A stretch of DNA of 61,012 bases from a virus (IMGVR_UViG_3300025120_000004:1-61012); one strand, 5' to 3'; numbered from the stretch's first letter, positions 1-9,608 are shown. Numbers and translations: made by a program. Notes: generated by a model not told the origin, from the letters alone.

Positions 1-127
1 GGACAAAATCAAGTACATCTTTTGAAAGGGCAGGAGTAACGACTATAGATTTTGATCCTATAACAACTGCTTTAAGAGCTACAAGAAATACAGGAATGGA
101 TTATTTTATGAGTAATGAAATATCTAC
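1..127. repeat. Terminal direct repeat copy 1 (assembly circularity overlap)
   Basis: 1-127 is identical to 60886-61012; 127 nt equals a common maximal assembler k-mer and the repeat lies mid-gene. Confidence 0.95.
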
Positions 128-1778
128 TACTAGACAATCGATGGCTTCTTTAAAAAGAATTACAAAAAATGATGATTCTAAAACAGATAAACAGCAAGAC
201 CAATTAAATCAAGCTGTATTAGATTTAAATACAATATATAGCGAGGCTCTAAATAACGTTGTTACAAACAACATGAGTAGTACGGTATTAGGGGGTAAGT
301 GGTGGAATTACTTCAAAACTTTAGGATATTATTCAACGTTAGCATCTGTTCCAAGAGCTGGAGCGGAATACGCATCTAACCTTACTTTTGCTGCACTATC
401 AGCTCCTGGAGAATTTAGTTTAGGTGCGACAGTATACGCAGATCTTTCTTGGAACAACAAAGGAAGGGCTGTTGTTGAAAATGTAGCATCCACGAACAAC
501 ACAAAATTATATTCAGATGAGCAATTAGGTGGTTCAAAAGCAGATTCTCAGGGAGTTACAAAAAAGAAATCTTCTCCTGAAGCTAGAGGCAAGGCAGGTC
601 AAACATTTGAATATGTTGTAAGAAATACAGGAATAAAATATGTTCCAAAAGTAGTATCAAAAATAGGTGAAACATTAGTTACGAAGCCTGACCAAATGAT
701 AGCACGACCTTTGTGGTTTGGTACTTTTGCAAAAACATTTAAAGCGGAAACAGGTTCAAAAGTAGATTTTGATAAAATAGCTGATAATGATTCAGACTAT
801 ATGAACAAGTATAAAGATGCAATTCAAAAAGCAACATCAAAAGCAGACAATAATGTAACTATGGCTGCCACATCAAATGACCCATTTTCTTCGGTGTTAA
901 AAAACCAAGTCCAAGAAGGGGAGAGTGGGATGAATTTCTACAGAATGATAAACGGATATATGTCTAGATTTAGTCTTAATGAATATGCAACTGCTAGACA
1001 AGCGGTAGCCTCAATGACAGGACAAGGACAGTTAGGAGTAGTTAAAGGTGCGTCAACATTAGCAGGAGTTGGAGTCAGAATGTCTATGTATGTAATGCTA
1101 TTAAGATATCTAAACGGAGCAATGTTTGGAATGCTAGGTATTGGAGATGAAGACGATACGGATTATGAAGAATTAGGTATTCGACAAGGCGTAGGAGCTG
1201 TTACATCATTAATTACAAGAGGTGTATCTGGAAACATACCAATGATTCCGATGAACTATGCCATAGAGTCTTTAAATAAAGAGTATGGATATGATATAGG
1301 GTTAAGGTCAAAAGAAGAGTATAATGGTATGGAAGACGCTCTTGTATACGCTACTATAAATCCATCTAATGCTTCAAGAAATTTAGAAGAAGCTACATTG
1401 ATGCAATTGACAGGCCCTTTTAATCCTTACTTCAAAGCAGGATTTAGAGTTGCCAATCTAACAATTAGAGCTTTAAATAATAAAACAGAAGAAAGTAGAC
1501 AAGAAAATCTAAACAAATTATTTTCAAGTAGGACAGGTATTGAAGTAGCCAATCTGATTGGAGGCGTACCTTTTTATAGAGATATAAGAAAAGGATTCTT
1601 GGAAGAAGAATTTAAAGAAGATGATACAACTGTACCTTTTACTTTAGAAGAATTGAAGATTTATGACTCTAAAGAGTACAACATACAAATGAAACAAAAA
1701 AAAGCACCTAAAAGTCGTGACGAGTTAGATATAGAAAGAGAGCTAAAGGCTTTAGAAAAAGAATTAGAAGATTTATAA
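1..1778 (+). CDS. 3' part of giant ~2500-aa internal virion/ejection protein (starts at 55161, crosses the junction)
   Basis: ORF 96..1778 is in the same frame as ATG 55161 after removing the 127-nt overlap; last gene of the structural arm. Confidence 0.8.
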   Translation, partial: TKSSTSFERAGVTTIDFDPITTALRATRNTGMDYFMSNEISTTRQSMASLKRITKNDDSKTDKQQDQLNQAVLDLNTIYSEALNNVVTNNMSSTVLGGKWWNYFKTLGYYSTLASVPRAGAEYASNLTFAALSAPGEFSLGATVYADLSWNNKGRAVVENVASTNNTKLYSDEQLGGSKADSQGVTKKKSSPEARGKAGQTFEYVVRNTGIKYVPKVVSKIGETLVTKPDQMIARPLWFGTFAKTFKAETGSKVDFDKIADNDSDYMNKYKDAIQKATSKADNNVTMAATSNDPFSSVLKNQVQEGESGMNFYRMINGYMSRFSLNEYATARQAVASMTGQGQLGVVKGASTLAGVGVRMSMYVMLLRYLNGAMFGMLGIGDEDDTDYEELGIRQGVGAVTSLITRGVSGNIPMIPMNYAIESLNKEYGYDIGLRSKEEYNGMEDALVYATINPSNASRNLEEATLMQLTGPFNPYFKAGFRVANLTIRALNNKTEESRQENLNKLFSSRTGIEVANLIGGVPFYRDIRKGFLEEEFKEDDTTVPFTLEELKIYDSKEYNIQMKQKKAPKSRDELDIERELKALEKELEDL

Positions 1779-2795
1779 CTAAAATATATGTGTTAGTCTA
1801 GCTACTTGCCCATGGTTTTTAGAATGTACAAAACCTTCGACAGCTTTTACTCCTCCAACTCCATATCCTTTTCGATGATGCCAGGAATCAGATCCACTGG
1901 GTGACCTTAAAGATTCAACTGTAATCCCATGATAATCTTTACTTGATTTGTGATGAACGTGATGTGTATATACATATCTATGTTTTGTCTCTGCCCATTC
2001 TTTTGAAAACTCATTAGCCATTATTAGTGGAAGGTCAGCTAACTTTGCTCCATCTCCATGCGTAGTGCCAATTAAATTTTGTCCATACATAAATCCTTTT
2101 CTGTGAGCAATACTACAATCAAATGTTATATTCTTACATTTTCTAAACCAAGACTGTATAGAATCAGATAACATAAATCCAGACATATAATCGTGATTAC
2201 TGGGATTATATACAAAGTGTACATCAGCAACTGATATGAGTAACTCTAATAAATCTACATAGAGTTTTTTAGCTGTAAGAAAATTTTCATACCACATTCC
2301 ATGCGTGTCTTGTGGTGTTCCAGATGTTGTGGTTCTTTTGGGTGTATCAATATGCAAGATATCGTTACCTCCAATGAAAAGTATTTTGTCTATATTAAAT
2401 CCGTTAGACTTTTGTAGTATGCCTTTAACTCCTTTTAAAACTCTTTTTACTGCAATCTGAGAATCATATTCTTCTCCTGTTTCAAAACTAGAAGCAAGCT
2501 TCCCTATATGTATATCTGCAGGATCAATAACTAAGAGGTGACCTTTTTCAGATTTGCTTCTCTTTATTTTTTTATAAGAAGGCGAATGCTCATTCATTGC
2601 CTTTATAATGTCGTCTCTTAATTCTTCAGGAGATACTCCTTTATTTTTTACGTGAAGTGAAAAGTACTTTCCTTTGTGCCAATAGTGATCCACATCTTTC
2701 ATTGGTATTCCACTAATCTCACATTCTTTTTCTAAAGCTCTGTGTTTCTGAATTAATTCGTATTCGTCTTCGTTTAGTCTAGGTCTAAAACTCAT
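1779..2795 (-). CDS. Calcineurin-like metallophosphoesterase
   Basis: Motifs DIHIG, GNDILH, SNHD, HGD, HHVHH in the expected order. Confidence 0.8.
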   Translation of the reverse strand: MSFRPRLNEDEYELIQKHRALEKECEISGIPMKDVDHYWHKGKYFSLHVKNKGVSPEELRDDIIKAMNEHSPSYKKIKRSKSEKGHLLVIDPADIHIGKLASSFETGEEYDSQIAVKRVLKGVKGILQKSNGFNIDKILFIGGNDILHIDTPKRTTTSGTPQDTHGMWYENFLTAKKLYVDLLELLISVADVHFVYNPSNHDYMSGFMLSDSIQSWFRKCKNITFDCSIAHRKGFMYGQNLIGTTHGDGAKLADLPLIMANEFSKEWAETKHRYVYTHHVHHKSSKDYHGITVESLRSPSGSDSWHHRKGYGVGGVKAVEGFVHSKNHGQVARLTHIF

Positions 2796-2973
2796 CTTCT
2801 GTTAATTTTTGCGTCTCTCGCAAAACAGACTGAAGCTCTTTGATGGTATTATTTAAAGACTCATGGTCTTCATCCATTAACGATTCGTAAATATCGTCGG
2901 TCAGATTGTTGATTTGTTTCATCAACAAATTAATAAAGTTAATTGAGTTTCTACTGTTTTTTTGAATAGACAT
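2785..2973 (-). CDS. Hypothetical protein (62 aa, helical)
   Basis: ORF packed into the minus-strand operon, overlapping the next start. Confidence 0.6.
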   Translation of the reverse strand: MSIQKNSRNSINFINLLMKQINNLTDDIYESLMDEDHESLNNTIKELQSVLRETQKLTEDEF

Positions 2974-3029
2974 TATGAATGGCGTTTACTAAAAATACAA
3001 ATTAAAAGTAATTAATCTATTAAAAGTTA

Positions 3030-3263
3030 TTAACCATCCATATTAACTATTAAATGCTTTCCTATGTTTGAATCTATTTTAGAGATGGCTTTGTATATTT
3101 GTTTAGACATACGTTTTACCTCATCTCTTTCTTTTTTTGTAGACTCACTACCTAAATTTGTGTACATATCACAGTCAATTCTAAACAGTTCATCTAATTT
3201 TTGTTTTATCGTCCAGGTTTTGAACTCAACAATTTTATCTATATTTTCGTAAGTGTATTTCAT
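3030..3263 (-). CDS. Hypothetical protein (77 aa)
   Basis: ORF with A-rich start context in operon. Confidence 0.65.
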   Translation of the reverse strand: MKYTYENIDKIVEFKTWTIKQKLDELFRIDCDMYTNLGSESTKKERDEVKRMSKQIYKAISKIDSNIGKHLIVNMDG

Positions 3264-3283
3264 AATTTATTGTTAAAAACTTT

Positions 3284-3853
3284 TTATCTTAATGATGCTC
3301 TTGCGTCTAAACCTCCACCATTACATATTATTATTTCTGCTTCTTGGTTTTGTTTTTTCCATTTATAACCCTTTATAATTAAAGATGCTCTTTTATCGTA
3401 GTCTTCTTGTTCAGATAATGAAAGCGTTCGGTATTCTTTTTCTATATCAGTTAGCAAGTCATTAGATATTAATCTTTCATTAAGTGATTCTTTATAAGCA
3501 AGAAGCTCATTGTATTTTTGTTTTAAATCCTCATACTGCTGTTCTTTTTTATAATGATCGTCAACTTCATTTTTTAAAACATTCACCTTAAATATATCAT
3601 ACAATCTTGAGAGTCTTTTATTTCTCATTAACTCATCAAATAAATTAGACTTTGCATGTAGCACTGTTGCATGGTCTCTGTTTACCATTTGACCTATTTT
3701 TGATAAAGAAAAATTAGTTGTATCAGTTGCTATTTTAAAGTACAATGTTCTGTAAGAAACTTGTTCTGTATTTCTAGATTTAGTAGATATATCATAACCT
3801 GCACAATCATCTACATATTTTTTAATTACATTTAATTCATTATTTGTTGACAT
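3284..3853 (-). CDS. DnaA C-terminal (domain IV)-like HTH protein with coiled-coil tail
   Basis: SLSKIGQMVNRDHATVLHA resembles the DnaA signature SLxxIGxxFxxRDHTTVxHA. Confidence 0.75.
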   Translation of the reverse strand: MSTNNELNVIKKYVDDCAGYDISTKSRNTEQVSYRTLYFKIATDTTNFSLSKIGQMVNRDHATVLHAKSNLFDELMRNKRLSRLYDIFKVNVLKNEVDDHYKKEQQYEDLKQKYNELLAYKESLNERLISNDLLTDIEKEYRTLSLSEQEDYDKRASLIIKGYKWKKQNQEAEIIICNGGGLDARASLR

Positions 3854-3858
3854 ATTTA

Positions 3859-4170
3859 TTATTGTTTTATATTTAAGTTTAAGTTTATTGAGTCTAAGTA
3901 TTCATCTAGAGTTATCTGATATACATCTACTAGAACTATAGGTCCATCATCTTCTCTATAGTAATCGAATGAAAAGAAAACAGGATTACCTTTATTATCC
4001 ATTACGTTACCAGTCATATTTTTAATAAAACCTTTGGTTGATTCTATACCGTATATTGTATCTATTACTCCTCCTATTTTTTCAGCTGAGCCATTAGTAA
4101 AGTTTCTCATTTGAATAAGGAACATTTCATCTATTTCAAATTCCTCTGTATACTTCTGTTTTACATCCAT
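3859..4170 (-). CDS. Hypothetical protein (103 aa)
   Basis: ORF in operon. Confidence 0.6.
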   Translation of the reverse strand: MDVKQKYTEEFEIDEMFLIQMRNFTNGSAEKIGGVIDTIYGIESTKGFIKNMTGNVMDNKGNPVFFSFDYYREDDGPIVLVDVYQITLDEYLDSINLNLNIKQ

Positions 4171-4378
4171 GTTTTTTTAATTCTTTTAGTCTATATTCTT
4201 GTAAGGCAGACACCCTGCCTCTTGGCTTTTTTACTTCTGAAAAAAGAACTTCACAGTTAGGTGGTATAGCTATAATATCAGGTATACCATTCTTATTAGT
4301 TTTAATCAACTTAATAACATAGTAACCTTCAGCTTCTAACTGATCTATTCGTTTTTTCTGAATTTGTTGTTCGGTCAT
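4136..4378 (-). CDS. VRR-NUC domain nuclease
   Basis: GIPDII...EVKKPRGRVSALQEYR (PD-ExK plus G..S..Q), next to an SNF2 helicase as is usual. Confidence 0.8.
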   Translation of the reverse strand: MTEQQIQKKRIDQLEAEGYYVIKLIKTNKNGIPDIIAIPPNCEVLFSEVKKPRGRVSALQEYRLKELKKHGCKTEVYRGI

Positions 4379-4491
4379 TAATGTTCTGATTCAGGCTTCC
4401 CACAATTTATACACCATCTTGCCTCACCAACGTGATTGTCATAAGTATAAAACATTTCGCACTTAACAGTTTCTTTTTCTTGTTCTTTCAT
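4378..4491 (-). CDS. Small putative zinc-binding protein (37 aa)
   Basis: Own translation MKEQEKETVKCEMFYTYDNHVGEARWCINCGKPESEH; fills the gap, stop overlaps next ATG. Confidence 0.5.
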   Translation of the reverse strand: MKEQEKETVKCEMFYTYDNHVGEARWCINCGKPESEH

Positions 4492-4496
4492 TATTT

Positions 4497-5735
4497 TTAA
4501 TTTAAAGTTAATAAATCTTTTTTAAAATGCTTTAATGTATAATCTTTCTTTTTGCTTACTGCCTTATATATTTTAGACTCTATACCTCCGTTTGTAAATA
4601 TCCAGAAGATTTCGTTTTCTGGCCTGTCTTTAGTGGTCATTCTATCTCGACTCTGCCAATAACTAGTGGCACTAAAATCAATGTTGTAATATACTAAAAA
4701 TTTAGCTTTCCTCAGGCTAATACCTTCTCGCCCACTTACAATTTGTAAAGCTATAGATTTGTCTGTTTCATTGAAAGTATCTAAATCTGTACATAAATAA
4801 TCTCCATATACTTTTTTAAGAGCATTCAATTCTTCTTTGAATTTATAGAAGATTCCTATTTTGTTTGAACAAAAATTATCATATATATACTGAGCTTTAA
4901 ATGTATCAAGAACCATAGAGTTGCCGCTTTCAAACTTAACTGTTCCACTATACATTTGATGTAGCTTCTGCATTAATTTAACAGACGTATCTGCAAGTAT
5001 TACATCATTCTTTCCCTCAACTACTAAATCTTTTGTAAGCTTCTTACAAAGCCTTAAAACAGATTCTGGGGCATCTACGTTAAGTACTGTTTCTTTTATA
5101 GAAGATTCAAAACCTGCTTCTTTTTGGGTGTAAGAAATCATATAAGGATTCATCTTGTCTAGTATAGACTGCCTGCCATGAGAATAGTCATTTACCATAA
5201 ATGATCCAATGCGTTTTGTTTTAGACACAACATAGTCTCTAGCAAATTTATAGAAGTTTGTATATTCTCTAAATGGATTGCTAGGTATTGAATATATTTG
5301 ATGATATATTTGACTAAATGATTCAGGAGTAGGAGTTCCTGATAGCAATATAACATAGGGGTTGTTTTTTATAACAAACTCTTTTACTTGCTTAGCTCTT
5401 TTGCTAGGCTTTGGAAAAGCACCCATGCTATGAGCTTCATCACATACTATTGCATCCCAACTAGATATGTCTACCTTGTGTAAGGATTCATAGTTTATTA
5501 CATATATTTCGTAACCTGGATTTAAAAGCTCGTAGTCTTTCTCAATACTACTAATAGCTTTCTTCTTTGTGATGAACAACACTTTGTTCACACTCATCAT
5601 TTTATTTAAAATTCCTAAAGAGGTTAGTGTCTTTCCTGTTCTAACCTCCATAGATAGATATACAAATCGTTTCGATTGTAGTATCTCAAATCCTTTTTCA
5701 ATAATTCTGCTTTGATAATCTCTAAATTTAACCAT
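4497..5735 (-). CDS. SF2 SNF2-like helicase
   Basis: MEVRTGKT (Walker A), DEAH, LSGTP, GREGISL, QSRDR. Confidence 0.85.
   Translation of the reverse strand: MVKFRDYQSRIIEKGFEILQSKRFVYLSMEVRTGKTLTSLGILNKMMSVNKVLFITKKKAISSIEKDYELLNPGYEIYVINYESLHKVDISSWDAIVCDEAHSMGAFPKPSKRAKQVKEFVIKNNPYVILLSGTPTPESFSQIYHQIYSIPSNPFREYTNFYKFARDYVVSKTKRIGSFMVNDYSHGRQSILDKMNPYMISYTQKEAGFESSIKETVLNVDAPESVLRLCKKLTKDLVVEGKNDVILADTSVKLMQKLHQMYSGTVKFESGNSMVLDTFKAQYIYDNFCSNKIGIFYKFKEELNALKKVYGDYLCTDLDTFNETDKSIALQIVSGREGISLRKAKFLVYYNIDFSATSYWQSRDRMTTKDRPENEIFWIFTNGGIESKIYKAVSKKKDYTLKHFKKDLLTLN
5585..5604 (+). repeat. Dispersed motif copy (TGTTCACACTCATCATTTTA)
   Basis: Exact reverse complement of 13126-13145. Confidence 0.85.
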
Positions 5736-6000
5736 ACGTTTCTCTTAAATATTTATATACTTTAGGTAAATTTTCTGTTGCTTGTTTTTGATTTTTATAG
5801 GTTACTGAACCAAGTGTTACACTGCTATATATTACAATGTTTTTTTCTTTACAATATTTTGATGATTTCCCATCTGTAGAAATACCTCCTTTGCGAATGG
5901 CAATATTACACTGGCCACTGTTGTTAAGCATTTTTATATAAACTTGAAAATCATTATCAATACACCATTTAAAATCAGAATACCAATTGATCTCCATCAT
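5728..6000 (-). CDS. Hypothetical protein (90 aa)
   Basis: ORF overlapping both neighbours in operon. Confidence 0.6.
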   Translation of the reverse strand: MMEINWYSDFKWCIDNDFQVYIKMLNNSGQCNIAIRKGGISTDGKSSKYCKEKNIVIYSSVTLGSVTYKNQKQATENLPKVYKYLRETYG

Positions 6001-8401
6001 TATATTCTTTGTTTTTATTTGTTACAAATACTATCCACCTACCATTTAGGTCTCTTCCGTCTTTCGGTTTTGTTTCCGTCTTAAACAAAGCAAACGAATT
6101 TAGCCAACGATAAAACTCTGTTCTAGATATAGTACGTTTTGCTTTAGGTGCAAAGTCAGGATTGTCAGCTATGAATTCTAAATACAATTCATTCTTGTAT
6201 ATCTTTTCATTGAACCTTATACTTTCGTTTTTGTAATCATCATCAAACAGCCCACACCATTCAACAAACTCGTGACAGGTATCTGCTGATAAGTGTCTAA
6301 CAGTTTGGTTCTTGAAGTCTCCTTTTATTAATCCCTTTGATAAGTAGAACATAAGATTCTCAACCATATAGTTGTCAAAGGAACACCACTCTTGTTCATC
6401 CCATTCTGAAAACAATAGCTTACCAAATTCAACAAGTGGAGTAAAGTCTTTGGTATAGAACTGCGAGAACTCAAGTTCCCACTTCCTACGCTCAAAGGAA
6501 TTACCTCTACCCTTTATAGCATAGTTAGTTGTAATAGCTACCTTTGGTGACTTACTGAAAGGAATCTTTATAGCATCCTTGTTTTTCTTTTCTAATGTAA
6601 GCCCTTCGGTTACAACACTAAACAATCTTTCAAAGTCAAAATGTTTCTTTACATCATCAAAGCATAGTACCTGAGTGTCAGCACTTACTAATTGATAAGC
6701 AAAACTTTTCTCAAAATTAAAAGACTTACCATCAATAGTAACGAGCTTCTTCATTTGTGATAGTGCATTCATAAACAAACCCTTACCTGTTCCACCCTCT
6801 GGATTCTCTGATATTACCTCATCATTTAATATTATTGCAGGACAATAAGATAAATTCTTATAAGCATGAAGCATATAACCAATTGTACTACGCATTGATA
6901 ATATTGTTTGCTTGTTTCCTCCTGATATGTTATTTATAAATGTTTTGTAGTCGCAATCAAACGAATCACATAAGTCAAAGTCACGATCAATAACCTGGTC
7001 TTTCCAAACATAACCACCCAAGTCAAGATAATCAATAGTTGTTTTCTTGTCCTTTGTAACTTTTACTGCACAATTTCTATAGTATAAGTACGCACTATCT
7101 TTATCATCTTCTATAAAGTATACATCTACTGTACCTAGTAATGATAAGAACTCTTCCCTAAAGAATCTAGTCTTATCAGCAAAGTAATTATATACAGACA
7201 TATCATCAAGGTCCTCAAGATATCCTAAGATAAAATCTTTTATCTCCTCCTCATTAGTATGGTCAATAAGATTGTTTGTTACTCTAACAAATATAAAATG
7301 TTTACTACCCTCTGGACAGAACTTATAAAACCCATGGTCTTCTAAGAACTGTCTAAATAAGTAATGTATTATTGTTATAACCCCTTTGTCATTTTTATTC
7401 CAAAATCTTTTCTCGCTCTCATCTTCTTCAATGGAAGTAATAACAGAATCAATTACAGCGTCTTCAATTTGGGTTTCAGATAACTGAAGACGAATCTCTT
7501 TTTTTGACACACCTCTTTTAAGTTTCATTCTAACCTGATTTACCTTGTCTTCATCTTCATAATACTTTGAACCAAAGTTTTGTTTTTGTGAGTAGGCTGA
7601 ATTAATAGTGGTCTTTATCTCACTAATTTTAAAGTCACTGCTTTCAAACTGAGACATAATATATTCTGCCAATGACTTGCTTACTCCATAGTCATTGAAT
7701 GCTGCTGCCAATATGTATATGTTATTGTTTCTTTCTCCATCAATAATCCCATACTTCTTAGTCCACCACTTCATAAGAATATCTACTATCTTATTCTCAT
7801 CAGTAACAGGTATAGTTGGTCTAGAAGAATATTTATCTACAACCTTATACTCTTGTTCTTCTATCTTATCCCACAAAAAAGAATTCTTATTTATATATAT
7901 CAATGGATCGTATGATTCATAACATACTCTTGATACATTCTTACTAGTCTTATCAAAGTAGCTTGAATTAAAATACTTTTCTAATGACATAAAGTAATTC
8001 TTATGATTGTTTGGTTCTTTAGGTATCTTAACTAAAGCCTTAAGTCCGTTTCCACTTGGAGATATAAATACTGAATATGTGTATCTATCTTTTGATAGTC
8101 GTTCTTTTTCAGACATCATATCTTTCTTGGTTTTATAACCATCAAAGTCCAGGCATATAAACCCACTGTGTACAGTTATACTATCATCTGCTCTCTTGTT
8201 AAACATTCCTGAGAAACAAATAGCAGGTAGGCTTTTCTTTAAACCCTGCCTAATCTCTTTGTCTTTCTCAGAACGTATTTGCTTTATAAGCTCTTTAGAT
8301 GTTCCATCTTTTATTCTATCTAATATTGATTGTATATCTCTAAAGAATGGAGTAGATGTATCTTTTATATTTCTAAATATAGTAACTTGATTTTCATCCA
8401 T
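5975..8401 (-). CDS. Primase-helicase: BT4734/VirE-N-like AEP domain, PriCT-like domain, SF3-type helicase
   Basis: LPAICFSG.F, SGFICLDFD, SPSGNGLK, SYDP; GERNN; GGTGKG, FDD, ITTN. Confidence 0.85.
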   Translation of the reverse strand: MDENQVTIFRNIKDTSTPFFRDIQSILDRIKDGTSKELIKQIRSEKDKEIRQGLKKSLPAICFSGMFNKRADDSITVHSGFICLDFDGYKTKKDMMSEKERLSKDRYTYSVFISPSGNGLKALVKIPKEPNNHKNYFMSLEKYFNSSYFDKTSKNVSRVCYESYDPLIYINKNSFLWDKIEEQEYKVVDKYSSRPTIPVTDENKIVDILMKWWTKKYGIIDGERNNNIYILAAAFNDYGVSKSLAEYIMSQFESSDFKISEIKTTINSAYSQKQNFGSKYYEDEDKVNQVRMKLKRGVSKKEIRLQLSETQIEDAVIDSVITSIEEDESEKRFWNKNDKGVITIIHYLFRQFLEDHGFYKFCPEGSKHFIFVRVTNNLIDHTNEEEIKDFILGYLEDLDDMSVYNYFADKTRFFREEFLSLLGTVDVYFIEDDKDSAYLYYRNCAVKVTKDKKTTIDYLDLGGYVWKDQVIDRDFDLCDSFDCDYKTFINNISGGNKQTILSMRSTIGYMLHAYKNLSYCPAIILNDEVISENPEGGTGKGLFMNALSQMKKLVTIDGKSFNFEKSFAYQLVSADTQVLCFDDVKKHFDFERLFSVVTEGLTLEKKNKDAIKIPFSKSPKVAITTNYAIKGRGNSFERRKWELEFSQFYTKDFTPLVEFGKLLFSEWDEQEWCSFDNYMVENLMFYLSKGLIKGDFKNQTVRHLSADTCHEFVEWCGLFDDDYKNESIRFNEKIYKNELYLEFIADNPDFAPKAKRTISRTEFYRWLNSFALFKTETKPKDGRDLNGRWIVFVTNKNKEYNDGDQLVF

Positions 8402-8495
8402 GTCGATTTTATTTGTATATATATACTTTATATAATTATAATTAATTTAATTTTAGTTTGCCATATCTAAGGAAAATAATTGACATTTTCGACAT
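8400..8495. promoter_or_regulatory. ATGTCG/AT-tract element over the primase start (copy of origin-like element)
   Basis: ATGTCGATTTTATTTGTATATATATA matches the reverse complement of ~20289-20314 at 25/26; paired GACAT sites at 8481-8495. Confidence 0.6.
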
Positions 8496-8504
8496 AGATA
8501 AGGT

Positions 8505-8530
8505 AAAAGAAAAGGGGTTTTTACACCCCT
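8505..8530 (-). terminator. Intrinsic terminator after ssb
   Basis: Minus strand AGGGGT-gtaaaa-ACCCCT followed by TTTCTTTT. Confidence 0.7.
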
Positions 8531-8550
8531 AATCTTAGCAACACAAACTT

Positions 8551-8814
8551 TTAAAATGGTAAATCAGCTTGTTTTTCAGCCTGAACTTTAGTTACTTCTT
8601 CCTTTTTCTTAGGAACAAAAGTGTCAAGTTCAATGTATGGCTTTCCTCCCTTGCTGTTTAGCACGTTTAGGTTTACCCATCCATTCTTTTGATTGTTAGT
8701 TAAAAACGTAATAGCATCTTCAACCTTTACGCTGATGTTACCAATTACGAACTCTGGTGCGTTCTCTCTTCTCTTGAAAAGAAATCCGTCTGCAAATACT
8801 TTGTCTTGTGACAT
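8551..8814 (-). CDS. ssb: Single-stranded DNA-binding protein (87 aa, start MSQDK)
   Basis: C-terminal DLPF tail; position between recombination genes and primase; ATG 8814 has A/T-rich context. Confidence 0.65.
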   Translation of the reverse strand: MSQDKVFADGFLFKRRENAPEFVIGNISVKVEDAITFLTNNQKNGWVNLNVLNSKGGKPYIELDTFVPKKKEEVTKVQAEKQADLPF

Positions 8815-8870
8815 AATAATAGTATTAATGTTGAGCGATGAGTTGGAGCATCGCATCTGACTCCTTTACT

Positions 8871-9608
8871 TTAAAACTGTTCGTACTCAATGTACTGTGT
8901 GATGTCCTCTGCTGAATCTTCTGCAAAGAATTTATTATATACTTCAATAGCTTTTAAAACCTTATCTCTACCCCTTAATATTGTTTCAGGAGAAGGCTTT
9001 GCTATCTTTAACTTAAGAGTTGTCTTATCTATTATATAAAACTCTACAGGCTTACCAAACAACTGTTCGTAAACGTAGGCTTGACTATCATAATTATAAT
9101 CATTGGCACTCCATTTAAACTTGTCAACATTACCAGTTGTCTTTATATCTATAACTCTTGTCTGAGTAATTATATCAGCTTTTCCTTTCCAATCTACACC
9201 AAACATATTAGTTACAGCAGGTTTCTCATATACATTTCCTTCTGCATATATATCTGTATACATTACAAAGTTTGACTTCATAGCATCAACCCAAGTGTTG
9301 ATCTTTTCTACTTCTTTTGTAAGCAAGACATCATAAGGATGAAGGTCATTGTCTTTTATATACTCTTTAAAACCTTTGGTTGCTCTACTAGATACATCCA
9401 TTACAGAGTATTCTTTCAGCTTATGTGGCTCTAACATAGCTGTATGAAAATACCCACCCTCTATTAGGGCTAGGCTTTTCTCTTTCTTTCTAAAATTTCT
9501 AGGGTTTTTTAGTAAGCTATAAATATCTGAGTTAGATAAGTATTGCTGACCAACTTTACCATAGTAATTACTATCGTCTTTGAGTTGTTCAATTATATTA
9601 TTTTGCAT
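8871..9608 (-). CDS. RecE/exonuclease VIII-like PD-(D/E)XK nuclease
   Basis: YLSNS, G..FHTAMLEP, KGKAD, IDIKTT, YDSQAYVY; adjacent to an SSAP. Confidence 0.75.
   Translation of the reverse strand: MQNNIIEQLKDDSNYYGKVGQQYLSNSDIYSLLKNPRNFRKKEKSLALIEGGYFHTAMLEPHKLKEYSVMDVSSRATKGFKEYIKDNDLHPYDVLLTKEVEKINTWVDAMKSNFVMYTDIYAEGNVYEKPAVTNMFGVDWKGKADIITQTRVIDIKTTGNVDKFKWSANDYNYDSQAYVYEQLFGKPVEFYIIDKTTLKLKIAKPSPETILRGRDKVLKAIEVYNKFFAEDSAEDITQYIEYEQF

Noticed and set aside
8815-8856. Extended ssb start MRCSNSS
   Set aside because: Extension overlaps a stable hairpin; ATG 8814 has the typical A/T-rich context
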